64,000 bases of DNA from an uncultured Rhodobacteraceae bacterium. GTDB taxonomy: Bacteria > Bacteroidota > Bacteroidia > Flavobacteriales > Flavobacteriaceae. Each line of letters opens with the position of its first letter. Position 1 is the stretch's first letter. This document shows positions 43,601-51,400 of the stretch, one piece after another. The notes below the pieces were generated by a model. The model did not search any database, was not told the origin of the DNA, and was given only the letters and a program-made list of their open reading frames with translations. The position numbers were made by a program, and so were the translations under genes. The stretch spans positions 7,848-71,847 of the forward strand of contig CALSPC010000010.1 of NCBI GenBank assembly GCA_943788135.1, written 5' to 3'.

Positions 43601-46049
43601 TCAGTTCGGTTGGATTACTAAAACCTGCACTACTTCCTGTTCCATCAACGGTCCATAAAATAGACGCATATTCCGTAGCTGTTACCCCAGAAATTACAAA
43701 TGGTTCTGTACTACATACATCCTGAATTGAATTCCCAACATCGATCGTTGGTTTTGGTTGTACAACAACGGTTAGCGTTTGCACATAGGGTGCACAAGTC
43801 GCCGTAGTAGTGGATGTTAATTGAATCTCAAAATCATCCTCATTTCCAGGAAATTGATTAAAAGTAGCGGTATCTGAATCTGCATTTACAAAGGCGCCAT
43901 GACTGCCATTAATTTCGGTCCATGCGACTGTGTTACCATCCAGATTGAGGGCTGTGGCAGTATAAGGTTCTCCTGCACAAACAGCTCCTAAAGAACTAAT
44001 TGTTGCTGTCGGCGCTTGATCTATTGTGATTGTAATTTCTTCAAAATCAGAAGAAGAACAAGGCGCTGCGCTTGTTGCGGTTAAACGTAAGGTCACAAAG
44101 CCATTTGCTCTGTCTGCTGCATTAAATGTATAAGAAGGATTTAGATCAGTTGTGTTTGAAAACGTCCCCGTTCCTGTTGGAGTTACGCGCGTCCAACTTA
44201 ATATATTTGTCGGATCTTCAACGGAGTTACCTGTTAAATCATAAGTCAATTCTGAACTACAAACTACATCCGTAAGAGTCGTCATAGACACTACAGGAGT
44301 TTTAATCACATTCATAGTAAATTGTTCCGTGGTAGGTTCATCGCAAGGTGTGATTCCGTCCACACTAATTTGTATCACAACAGTGTCACTATCGACTCCA
44401 GGCTCATAGGTTGGACTGGCAGTATTAGCCGCTGATAAAGTTCCCGTTCCACTAATAATTGTCCAATTAATTGAACTAGGATCATGGTTGGTAAAAGTTG
44501 CTGTTAATGGTTTATCAACCCCTTCACAGAAAAAACCATCATCTGTAAAATTGATCGTCGCTAGCGGATCAATATTTAATTTTAATATATCTACAATTTG
44601 AGTACTACATGGTGCGATTGGATCTACTGTTAAGATCAAATTCACAAAACCAGCGGCAATATCGGCTGCTGAAGGATTATATGTTGGTGTTAAAGTAGTG
44701 TTCCCTAGCACAGGTTCTGAGCCTGAAGTTGACCATAAGAAATTAGCTACAGAGCTCATATTGTCAATGGAAACTAATCCTGTTGGTACGGTATAACTTG
44801 CTTGTGATTCACAAATTGTGTCTTCATTTGTTGTCAGTGTTACCACAGGATTTCTTGTAATCGTATGTGTAATTGTTTCTGTTACCGTTCCTACACAAGG
44901 AGAAATAGCATCTGCAGTTACTGTTAATTCTACCAAACCATTGGCAATTTCGATAGGGCCAGGTGTATATTCTGTTTCAATGGTATTTATAGAGGCTGAA
45001 AAGGTTCCATCGCCCCCATTATTAGACCATGTTATGTTTGTTACATTAGATTCCGTTGCATCTAAAATAGAGATACTAGCACCTTCACAAATATTTTGAG
45101 AAACGCCTGGAAATAATTCAGGTTTTTCCTGAACAGGGATTCGCACAACTTCCACAACAGTAGTAGCACAAGGTGCATTTGGAGTCACAGTAAGTGTCAA
45201 ATCTATGTAGCCGTTGAAAATATCTGTAGCACTTGGTGTGACCGTTGGTGATAAATTCGTTGGATTTGCAATAGTGGTTCCAGTTCCTGTTGTTGACGTC
45301 CAAATAAAGGAATCCGCATCGTTAATCGTAGTACCTACTACTGCAACATTTGTTTCATCTTCACAAATTGGAGCTTGAGGCGTTACCACCACAACCGTTG
45401 GTGAATCGACAAAAGAAACAACCATTGAAGTGACTTCATCGGCCGTACATGGATCTAGTGCAACACCTCTAAGTGTTAAGGTTACCGATCCATTAGCTAA
45501 ATCGCCTGTTCCAGGGGTATAAATTGGGTTTATAATGTTATCAAGATCAAAGGATCCATCCCCTGCTCCATTAGTCCAAACTAAATTAGTTACCGTAGTT
45601 GTATCAAAACTAGCAGTGGTAATTTGGAATGGTAAATCACATTCTGTTAAATTGACTCCAGCGTCAGCTACTGGTAAAACTTGAAATGCAAGGTCGAAAC
45701 TTTCGGAGACTTGAATTGCACATGGTGCAACAGAGTCAACGGTAATTGTTAAAGTAACTGTGCCTACTGCTAAATCAGCAGCAGAAGGATTATAAATTGG
45801 GTTCAACGGATCTCCGGATGCTGAAAAAACGCCGGTACCCGTAGTTTCCCAAACAATGGAATTTGTATCATAAGCTGTCGCTGGAGCAATGGATACACCT
45901 CCAATACCAAAGGTATTTTGATCAATACAAATGGACGTTGTTGCCGGAACGGTGATGACTGGAAGTTTTTGTAACTCAAGTCGAATCGTATCTGTTACCA
46001 AATCTGTACAATGGTGCATTTGAATTTGCTTCAAGTGTAAGAATAACAA
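31695..46049 (-). CDS. C-terminal 4784-codon part of an SprB-like giant repeat adhesin (T9SS type-B cargo)
   Basis: This is one uninterrupted ORF. It contains ~21 modules of ~100 aa with a TLTLT motif, PKD-like modules, 14 tandem ~96-aa modules, six He_PIG-like modules, SprB repeats, a PKD domain (WDFGDNS) and a gliding-motility C-terminal domain. Confidence 0.9.
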   Translation of the reverse strand: MLFLHLKQIQMHHCTDLVTDTIRLELQKLPVITVPATTSICIDQNTFGIGGVSIAPATAYDTNSIVWETTGTGVFSASGDPLNPIYNPSAADLAVGTVTLTITVDSVAPCAIQVSESFDLAFQVLPVADAGVNLTECDLPFQITTASFDTTTVTNLVWTNGAGDGSFDLDNIINPIYTPGTGDLANGSVTLTLRGVALDPCTADEVTSMVVSFVDSPTVVVVTPQAPICEDETNVAVVGTTINDADSFIWTSTTGTGTTIANPTNLSPTVTPSATDIFNGYIDLTLTVTPNAPCATTVVEVVRIPVQEKPELFPGVSQNICEGASISILDATESNVTNITWSNNGGDGTFSASINTIETEYTPGPIEIANGLVELTVTADAISPCVGTVTETITHTITRNPVVTLTTNEDTICESQASYTVPTGLVSIDNMSSVANFLWSTSGSEPVLGNTTLTPTYNPSAADIAAGFVNLILTVDPIAPCSTQIVDILKLNIDPLATINFTDDGFFCEGVDKPLTATFTNHDPSSINWTIISGTGTLSAANTASPTYEPGVDSDTVVIQISVDGITPCDEPTTEQFTMNVIKTPVVSMTTLTDVVCSSELTYDLTGNSVEDPTNILSWTRVTPTGTGTFSNTTDLNPSYTFNAADRANGFVTLRLTATSAAPCSSSDFEEITITIDQAPTATISSLGAVCAGEPYTATALNLDGNTVAWTEINGSHGAFVNADSDTATFNQFPGNEDDFEIQLTSTTTATCAPYVQTLTVVVQPKPTIDVGNSIQDVCSTEPFVISGVTATEYASILWTVDGTGSSAGFSNPTELNPTFTPSASQLFAGQVVLKVTALAKADCGTAFDVSDTITLNFNPEQTVSFTAPTSICEGDTIALVGLAPDSSSILWSTSSTASTSGFADPTNLNTEYTPSALDLSLGRVTLTMTGFSNTNCPDVSYALEVLIENNPTADAGGPISICEGTVSYQVNDAFASNYDASVSTNINWSLTGPATLQAGTQNDLNPVIVPTPGTTGDIILTLTVNGYDSCNTTITDTKTISIVPSPIVVVPASRTICEGESLTLTSSEISASNYGSVEWTSSNGLGTFTPTNALATIYTPAAGQTGIVDLILTASSTDGSCSSASSPVQLEIIADPVVNAGVNATICVTETYTVVGASVLNEFTYTWSVTGPAQIVSGESTLTPVIASDAGATGTAVVTLTAVGTGVCPVSISDSFNLEINAAPVVDAGVDAILCEGTASFQLVGSVVDPVASTTYSWITSNGSGIIQSTADPLQPIYIPGPTDFNSATGFKEIQFDLTATSTNGCASSTDAMVLTIYANPIVSAGPDIFDICENTDVILSSATASNYSSITWSTSGNGTFDYSSSTVNPTYLLGSNDTSAVTLTLSAMPNAACSQVAILDTMTIFINQETELTATTNDITMCGATFTLPDLIDVSNVTSIVWTNVTGASGTPGVLTNVNSETPSFTPSVNEIANGFVLLKVETVPEAGCSTVQSETITVNLQPLLEVEAGTSLLFCDGEDIIVSGNGATTSNASTFTWSHDGTGSIEASTINTLTPKYNPGISETGVITLTLTATSIAPCTGDVSDTMTVTIQSQPTVSVAADFTICESSNINIVNTIATNADTIIWSSSQNSDGSSSGAYLGGVFTNNSILNPSYTPSQDDIDLGYVYLTIRVSNTACATFVTDVIKVTIADGVGVFAGVNATICESESYALLDATSSATSVSWISSENSNGTSSGTYLPGSFTDPTAVNPEYIPSIDDINRGYVYLTITGSGNSSCAVDSSFMLLNIIKNPTVSATDISICVSNTTGIALNGSGTDYDTLTWSVIDGPGNVDPTTGIFNSGLGTDILSNEVTRLRLVATPLGGCTDNAVKEITVTTQALPSVEAGDNGAICYIPGTAIAPFTILGTAVDNASATSWTTSGTLSGNFNLGNPVVYESFSNSCTPEVLKLTANGVGACSAETVSDSVTLTINCTIPNLGAITGLNTICQGNSGVVYTVPVNSNVITYEWQVPTGATIVSGQGTNSISVDYGINAVSGNVSVNGVNGCGSGPNSTLPITINELPTTGIVSGDQIVCAGSTYDYTTTVIPNAVSYLWTLPNGSTISTATNTISISFTASAVSGNLSVQGNNSCGLGASSAAFAITVQPKPTLTSTLTPPSICSDDTFNYVPTSALASTTFSWTRAVVSGISNTAGAGTGIISEILINTSSVTIPVNYDIVMTSADGCVDSETITVDVNPNPILTSSDPVAALCSAETVNHSFTSNVPGNINWTRANVAGIIEAATSGIDTISEVLTNATNAPITVTYSVSLPANSSGCTGNPITFDVIVNPEPNVIQPSDEDLCVGDFLNVDFDTTNIGGVSGYTWTNDNSSIGLPLTGSDDILNIAMTNTSNVSQVATIVVTPTFDNGGISCSGPSKTFTITINPAAQVNPISSQVVCNGDSTTSILFSTSNTSGTTTYSWTNDNTSIGLAAAGSADNIGSFPVTNTSTIPQVATLVVTPTYTFNGKDCTGSPETFTITVNPSAQIDQPTSLNICEGEIVSAINFTTLNTVGTTTYDWTNDNANIGLALNGVDGINSFTALNSTGTPQVATITVTPTFTNGLVPCTGNPKSFTITVNPSAQVNPIGSTTVCAGDLIPKIEFTSTTVGTTTYAWTNNNTSIGSISASGTGDISAFSATNTSTIPQIATITVTPTYTENGFSCPGPTETFTITVNPAAEVNQPSNEVFCESDVAVINFTTPNTVGTTSYSWTNSNSAIGLLSSTGSGSSISFTTTNPGTTPITSTLTVTPTFSYDGVDCIGSNKVFTITVNPNADMIPPASQMLCNGDTTTVDFTTSNSVGTTTYAWTNNTPSIGIPASGVGSIPVFSVVNTGNAPITASLSVTPTFTNEGVSCPGATENFTITVNPSAQVNQPVSVVVCNGDPVASTIFSSSNTVGTTTYSWTNDNISTGLTFTSGTGDVPAFNATNTGTTPIVSTITVTPSFDNAGEICSGPSKTYTITVNPVAQVNPQTAPQVVCNGDSTDLTFTSANTGGLNTYSWANSDTSIGLAASGTGSISTFIASNTTGAPVVATINVTPTFTNGGTSCTGPSETFTIIVNPSGQVDQPSPIVVCNGESTTAVSFTTTNSSGTTTFLWTNSNPSIGLAGSGTGTIPPFVASNNSNTTAVGIITVTPFYENGSVSCQGDPKTFTITVNPEPEMDQPLAQVLCNGDSFFYNFNSNNLGGTTTYTWTNNNSSIGLAPSGVGNISSFTAINTGLIPSVATILVTPTFTNGAESCEGSPISFSITVNPSADVVAPVNQTVCNSGSTNSVNFTSANNSGATTYEWTNTNTSIGLGASGSGNIPSFVALNSGNIPVVASITVIPIYTNAGVSCSGPSETFTITVNPTAELNTPISQVLCNGENTNLVSFSSNNLGGTTTYSWVNNNTTIGLVANGASDIPSFTAFNTGFTPVVATITVTPTYTNGSVSCSGPSEVFTITVNPSAHVIQPSDQTVCTGELTTEINFTSLNTLGTTTYTWSNDNTSTGLGASGTGPILAFTALNTGSAPNVSTITVTPIFTKDGVACIGAPKDFLITVNPVLDLVPPADQSVCNGAPTSPITFMSNNTGGTVNYSWINDNTSIGLAPSGSTDIPSFTAVNTGSTPQTATVTVTGTYTNAGQTCESTETFTIIVNPSPVATITGLNSYLVCENDAEPFITFEGSNGVAPYTFTYQVNSDPVSQVISSGTSNSATVSISTANFGSNVITLLSVSDSSSPNACSSTTIILPNEAFVDVQEQGTIIPQNSSTVSQVVCQDTALDPIVYAIGGSATSAYVTGLPSGLVSTFDPSLNTLTISGNPTSSGTFNYVVNTAGSTNGCNSSYGGSIVVNSNDEITELTPTTINQELCSCDTLAPISYNLGGGATGGDVQFTPQMPAGITWSISSNILTISGASCEIGTFNYTVNSFGICSADTYGGTIEIKEVSNISLVSGDPNPIVCEGTAFATPIQYAISPATSNLVMTPTIPGVTFNPTTGIISGVPTQSGVYNYTISSDQGCSNVLSGVITVDPDQDIAFISTNSTQATCQNSPIDPVVFLVSSGVNDVNISPALPVGVNYTVNSGIVTISGTPTNAMSVAQNYIVTTIGSCGIAASQSFTLDVRQEATITVTSAASTINQAICQSGSIEPITFTIGGGATGIETLNLPDNLVLDFDAGTGIYTVSGTPVNFGTFNFNVVTTGCVATQLFSITNINSNVSIELTSAVGTDDQQLCQTNFNAPISPIVYALTGATGVTVTGLPTGVISNYDTASGTLTISGTPIESGIFNYAITTLPCSRIKTGVLTVSTPIAIFDEQVTQITCFDANDGAISIDIRGGASVGGLYAITWTGPNGYQQNQATITGLEPGVYTVSGTDSLGCAIPTKSYVIDAIQPVEISLVSTSNVSCNGSLGCANFDFTGGTGIYTNFLLEFLDPSSQTLTPIPVANNNYFNICDLRAGLYYLTVEDSNSCESTPYLFTIFDYSSLNIESVELDDSLCADTPGNIRIKVASLDPSLTFYYNDVLVPQTYLGDSTYELAIDNPTDSSGVLKVKNDQNCWNSIEISTPIESPGFEYTSLNFVTYNSIDVNESIEFTNTVDLNNIPAEYDYVVWDFGDNSPFKVFFNPEDLVPNSAGDSFKTVFHSYTIDGIYTVTFTVFNRLGCSRTVSQVISVGRGANIMTPTAFSPNGDGINDVFRASLIGFTEVSMYVYDSWGNVVYEITSEVSALDSNWGWDGLKKGNDEPKNGNYKYYVMATTIDGKVVEKTGQFILIK
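31698..31990 (-). other. T9SS type-B C-terminal sorting domain (gliding motility-associated CTD) of the adhesin
   Basis: The C-terminal ~95 aa read ANIMTPTAFSPNGDGINDVFRA ... YVYDSWGNVVYE ... WGWDG ... GNYKYYV ... GQFILIK. Confidence 0.8.
32000..32260 (-). other. PKD domain segment of the adhesin
   Basis: It carries the WDFGDNS motif and the downstream HSYTIDGIYTVTFTVFN pattern. Confidence 0.6.
32590..33075 (-). repeat. About two SprB-type repeats
   Basis: The patterns TCFDANDGAISIDIRGG ... LEPGVYTVSGTDSLGC and SCNGSLGCANFDFTGGTG ... LRAGLYYLTVEDSNSC are present. Confidence 0.6.
33090..34700 (-). repeat. Six He_PIG-like Ig modules (~85-90 aa each)
   Basis: A recurring pattern is seen six times: C-Q-x-x-x-I-x-P-I-x-Y-x-x-G-G-A-T ... 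GLP-x-G ... T-I-S-G-T-P-x-x-x-G-x-F-N-Y-x-V. Confidence 0.6.
35030..39075 (-). repeat. Tandem array of 14 diverged ~96-aa (~288-bp) PKD-like modules
   Basis: Each unit follows NPSAQVNQP-x-x-x-VCNGD ... GTTTY-x-WTN-x-N-x-SIGL ... VATITVTPT-x-TNG-x-SC-x-G ... FTITV. The unit boundary motif GGATTAACYGTAAT recurs every ~285-290 bp on the plus strand. Confidence 0.85.
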
Positions 46050-48470
46050 AACCAGTATCGTAATCTGCAGCTGAAGGCGTATACGTTTCTAATAAATTAT
46101 TGGGATTTGCTGTTGACCAAGTTCCTGTTCCATGAGACGACCATGTAAGCGTTGAATAATCTATAGCGGTCGCTTGATTGGTAACATACGAAGACGGAGC
46201 GAGTGCACCTTCACATAAACTTACAATTGAAGGCCCCGCATCTACCGTTGGTTTTTCAATAAAATTTAGAGTAATTGTATCTTCTGTTGAAGAATTACAA
46301 TTCAATGGGTTTCTTGAAGCTGTTAATGTAAGTGTCACAATTCCGAGCTCATAATCTGCAGGCGTTGGAGAAATAGGTTGGTGCTTCTGTGGTTTCTAAA
46401 CCACCAAAATTTCCTGTTCCAGAGGTTTCCCATAATAAGGTGTCATAATGATCTATGACGACATTTGTTATGGGGAAATTTGGCGTACCCACACACAAAT
46501 CTACATTTGGATTAATAAACGTAATTTCTGGTATCTTGTTGATTGTCAAAACCATTGAATCTTCAGCAGCTGCATTACAAGGGAAGTTTTCTAGTCCCTG
46601 TAAGCGTAAGTGTGACTGTCCCTAAATTTATATCAAAAGAACCAGGAATATAGGTTGGTGTTAATGTTAATTCGGAACCTGGTTGAAATGTACCATTCCC
46701 ATTGGTAGTCCATATTAATCCAGCAGTATTTGTATTGGTCGCTGAGTCAATGGTGATAAGAGTCGCCTTCACATATTTGAGCATCATTACCGGCATCAAC
46801 TTGTGGTTTCGCAGTAATTATAATTTCTGTTTGGGATGTAGAAGGTACTGTACAGGGAGCTATCGCATCTGCAGTTAAAGTCAAATTAACAATCCCAGAC
46901 TCACCCATAGAAGAATTATAGGTTGGAGATAAGGACGAGGTATTAATAAAAGTTCCTAAACCACCACTTTGAGTCCAATTGGTTGAGTTTGAAAACTGTG
47001 CGGATGCTGAACTAATTGTAACGGACTCACCTTCACAAATTTGCAATGACGTCCCCGCATTGCGATTGGGTTTTTTTGAATGGTCAATACCATTGTATCA
47101 GAATCAGCTGCACACCCCGGTTGTGATGCTGTGACCGTAAAACTCACCGACCCCGATGTTTTGTCTCCTGGGCTTAATGTATAAATAGGATCCTCAACAT
47201 TCACATTATCAAAACTACCAGACCCAGTTGAGGTCCACAGTAATTGAATTTGAATTTGATACCGTTGATAGTAATTGATAGGTATTATTACTTTCACAAA
47301 TGGTCGCATCGCCAGCTGCCACAGCTGTTGGTGCTGCGTTGATTGTGTATAGAACTGAACTCTGTAACATTTGGACCACAGCTATTCATAGGAGTAACAT
47401 CTACAATAAGTGTCACTGTAGAATTTAAATCGCTTGCAGCAGGAACATAGATTGGATTTGAAACCGTAGGATCAATAAAAAATCCGTTTCCAGTTGCTGG
47501 TCAACAGTCCATAATATAGACCCCTCATTTTGAATCGATGCCCCAACAATGGTTATGGGACCTTCACAGGCTAAACTTTCTGGACCGGCATCAACAATCG
47601 GTGCTTTTACAATATTTAAAATCAGATCATCTGAAATTGGTGCCGTACAAGGACTATTCCCTGAAGCCGTAAGCGTCAAGGTAACCGTACCATTTAAAAT
47701 ATCAGATGCCCCAGGGATATATGTAGTCGTTAAAGAACTTGAAGACGTAAACGTACCATCTCCAGATCGAGTCCAAGCATATGTACTTGGCACTCCATCC
47801 GTTACCGATACTTGGCCTGGTGAAAATGTATAATTAGAACCGTCACAAATCGTAGCCTCTACAGGCGCAATATCTACAATTGGTGGTGGAGTGATGGTAA
47901 TGTCAACTGTATCTGTTGAACTTACACATGTATTTCCAGAAAAGGCTTCTAAGCTTAAACGTGATAGGTCCAACATAACTTAAATCGGCTAAACTTGGTG
48001 TGAAAATAGGCCTGTAGGGATCTCCTAAATTTAAAGTTCCTGTAATTCCTGAGGGAAGAGTCCATACTAAATTCGCCGCATTCAAAGTACCACTAGCATC
48101 TATAGACACAGGGGACTGTACCACAAGTAATGACATCCGGACCTGCATCTGCAATAGGCAAAGCATCTATATTAATAGTAATTGTATCTGAATAGGTTTG
48201 TGCACAAGGCCCTAATCCAGTAACTGTGAGTCTTAATGTTGCAAACCCTGTTGAAATATCAGCAGCACTTGGTTTATAGGTTGGGTTTAAAATGTTTGGA
48301 TCATTAAAATCTCCAGAGCCAACATCGTTTGACCAGACAATAGTTGAAGTATCATAATTTGTTACAGTTGATTGGAGTTGAATGGCTATCGATGGTGTTT
48401 CACAAATGTCAAATGCAGGGCCATCAGTAATGGAAATTACAGGTTCTGGCTGCATGGTCACAACTACCTG
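40130..48470 (-). repeat. About 30 diverged ~95-100-aa modules (ICEG ... W-T-x-x-G-x-G-x-F ... NP-x-Y-x-P ... G-x-V-x-L-T-L-T ... C) forming the central adhesin stalk
   Basis: I counted the modules by eye from the recurring NPxYxP / TLTLT motifs. The same module grammar runs through the intact ORFs and through the fragmented zone. Confidence 0.7.
45976..48166 (-). pseudogene. Frameshift-riddled 2.2 kb zone joining the two large adhesin ORFs
   Basis: Seven ORF-track fragments plus two shorter unlisted ones all encode the same repeat modules. The reading frame changes at least 10 times, at ~48110, ~47950, ~47500, ~47360, ~47240, ~47072, ~46780, ~46565, ~46372 and ~46015. Confidence 0.85.
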
Positions 48471-51400
48471 ATTTGTTTCAGTACAGCCGTTTGGTGTAGT
48501 TTCGGTTAAAACATAAGTTGTTGTTACTGTTGGTGTTACCAATGGGTTTGAAGATGTTGATGTAAATCCAACAGGAATACTGCTCCAACTGTATGTGTTT
48601 CCTAGAACCGATGGTGCTCCAACATTGATAGAGTCAAATTCACAAATTGAGGCATCTGGAATAACTTGAGCGACTGGCAAAGCATCGGTGACCACTTCAA
48701 AAGTATCTTCTACAGAACAGCCTGTAGTATCGTTTGTTATTCTATAAGTGAAAATTTGTGTATTGACTTGATCGAAATTTAAAGTAATTTGATTGAGTGT
48801 ACTAAAAGGAACCGTTGGGCTCCCGCCTAAGTTTGTGTACCAAGCATAGGAATGGTTTGCAGTAAAAGCTTCCCCATAAGTCTCTGTATCACCTAAACAC
48901 TTGAGTTGGTTTGGTATATCTGTTACAAAAGGTAAAGGATTCACAATAACTTCTACCTCATTTGAAAATGCTGGTGGACAACTCCCGTTTTGAACTTCTG
49001 CTCTAAATAGAGTGGTCTGAGTAAGAACTGCAACCGCATAACTATTGGTAGTGTTTGAAATAGTTGACCAGCTAGCGCCATTATCAATGGATTCTTGCCA
49101 TTGTGTAATTACACCAACTTCGGAAGCTAAGTTGAGTATTCCTCCATCATTATTTTCACAAATTGTTGACATGGTAGCTGTAAGCACACCCCCATTACTA
49201 ACTGGCGTAACCTCGACAAATGCAGGCGTTGAAAATTCTTCTGGCGCTGATCCACTTTGCAATACGGCTCTGTAGTATAAATTTGAAGTGGTATTTACAA
49301 CTGTATAGGTAGTGTTTACATTAGTTATATTGACAACTCCTGATAAAAAATCAACCACTGGAGAAGACTCCCATCTGATAATACTTCCTGCTTGACCAGA
49401 TAAAGTTAGTACTGTAGAATTTGTTCCACTACAAACTGTAGTGGTACCAGAAACACTTCCTCCAACCGATGTCGGAAAAACAGTAACCGATACAGAAGTT
49501 CTATTCTCACTTTCACAACCGCTGGCCGCATCAATTTGAGCCGCAAAATAATCTCCAGTAACTAAAGGAAAATTAGTTGCATATTGAGTTCCGGATACTG
49601 CTTGATTATACCAAACTGGAGATCCAGAGCTCGATATTTGTAAATCTGAAATTGTAGCTGAATCCGATTCTAAAAATGATTGTGCATTCGCAATCGGTGC
49701 ATTTGGTAGCGTTGGTTGGGCATCTATAACTATGTTTAGAGACGCGACAGAAGTACAGCCTTCAGAATTTGTTACTGTATAATTATGGGTTCCAGAAGGA
49801 AGTCCAGGAATTGTTCGACTTGAACCTGAGTCTGTTAGCGAAACATTATCACTGATTCTAGTTAAGGTCCAATTTCCTGTTGAAGGTAAATCCGTTAAAG
49901 TTACAGACCCTGTAGCTGTTGTACACGATGGTTGAACAAGTGTTCCGACAACTGGTGCAGACTGAACAGGAACTGGATTGATAGTGATCGAATTTGTTTC
50001 TAGGGACTCACAAGTACCATTAGAAACCGAAAATGTATATGTTCCAGGAATTAAACCACTTACTATGTAAGAAGATGTATTGCTAGAATAAATTGTCCCG
50101 TCTGTAATGTTCGTTAGTGTCCAGTTTCCTGCCGGCAAATTAGATAATTCTACACTTCCAGTAGGGGATGAACAGCTCGGATTTGTGACCGTTCCAACAG
50201 TTGGTATCGAAGGAATATCATCAATAGTTACTGAAATTGCTGTTCGTAAACTCTCACACCCTAAATTATTTGTTTCACTCACATAATAGGTGTTTGTTCC
50301 GACTGCATTAGTATCTATAGTAGGAGGAGTTAGGGATCCTACACCACCAGTTGCAACTAAATACCAATTTAAAGTTCCACTTGTTGAAGTAGTCGCTGTT
50401 AAAGGAGTTGCTGTATCATTTTTACAATAAAAAACAGAAGCAGATGGTACTGCTGGAGCACTTGGAACTGAATTTACAATCACATCAACTTGTGTACGTG
50501 GACCTTCGCAACCATCAATAGTCTGACTCACGTAAAAATCAGTAGTCCCAAGAGAGGTTGTGACTGGGGTCAGTGAAGTTCCTAAAAAATTTCCTGCTGT
50601 TGGTGCATCATACCACCGTGGATTCGAAATTCCTGAAGTATCTAAAGGCGATGCAGCTTCATTTAAACACAAATTAACTTCAGATGCAAGTCCAGAAGGT
50701 GCTAGTGGTAATGGTTTTACAATAACTATAATTTGAGAACGTGGACTTTCACATCCGAAGGCATTCATTTGACTCACTTCATAAGTGAGAGATTCTGCAT
50801 TTGAAGTTTGGGGAGTAGGCGATGAGGACAACGGTGTTCCATCAAAATCATACCAAACTAAACTATTTCCAGTATTAAATGCTGCTGTTAACGCTGTAGC
50901 CGTTTCATATAAGCAATACTCTATAGGGCTGGTTACTACAGGAGCAGTAGCGTTGGGATTCACAGTAATGGTTTCCGAATCTGTCAATACAACTGTACAC
51001 TCCGCGTTATTAACCGAAATAAGACGCATTTCAACATCAGAGACTTGATTAGTTTCTGAAATGCTAGCCAAACCGCTGCTATCTAATACCACGGATTGAT
51101 CAGCACCAGAATCTATTGAATATACCACTGTTGCATTTGCGGATCCTGTGATCGAAAATATAGCATCTTCTCCTGAACAAATTGGACCTGAAACACTTAA
51201 ACTAGCTGTTGGAACAGCGTTTACAATAACTGTTAGGGTTTCAGAACTGGAACAACCATCTGCATCGGTTCCAGTAACTGAATATATTGTATTAGAAGTT
51301 GGAGAAACTGTTATTGATGAAGTCGTCTCACCGTCTGGGCTCCAAACATAAGAAATAGCGCCTGCTGCAGTAAGGGTTGTAGATTCTCCAAGACAAATCG

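Noticed and set aside
45976-48166. Programmed ribosomal frameshifting or slipped-strand phase variation as an explanation for the broken adhesin frame.
   Set aside because: The ten shifts go in both directions, and most junctions I inspected are not at long homopolymers or slippery heptamers, so this is incompatible with any known programmed mechanism. One junction does lie in an A7 run, but a single switch cannot rescue the other nine.
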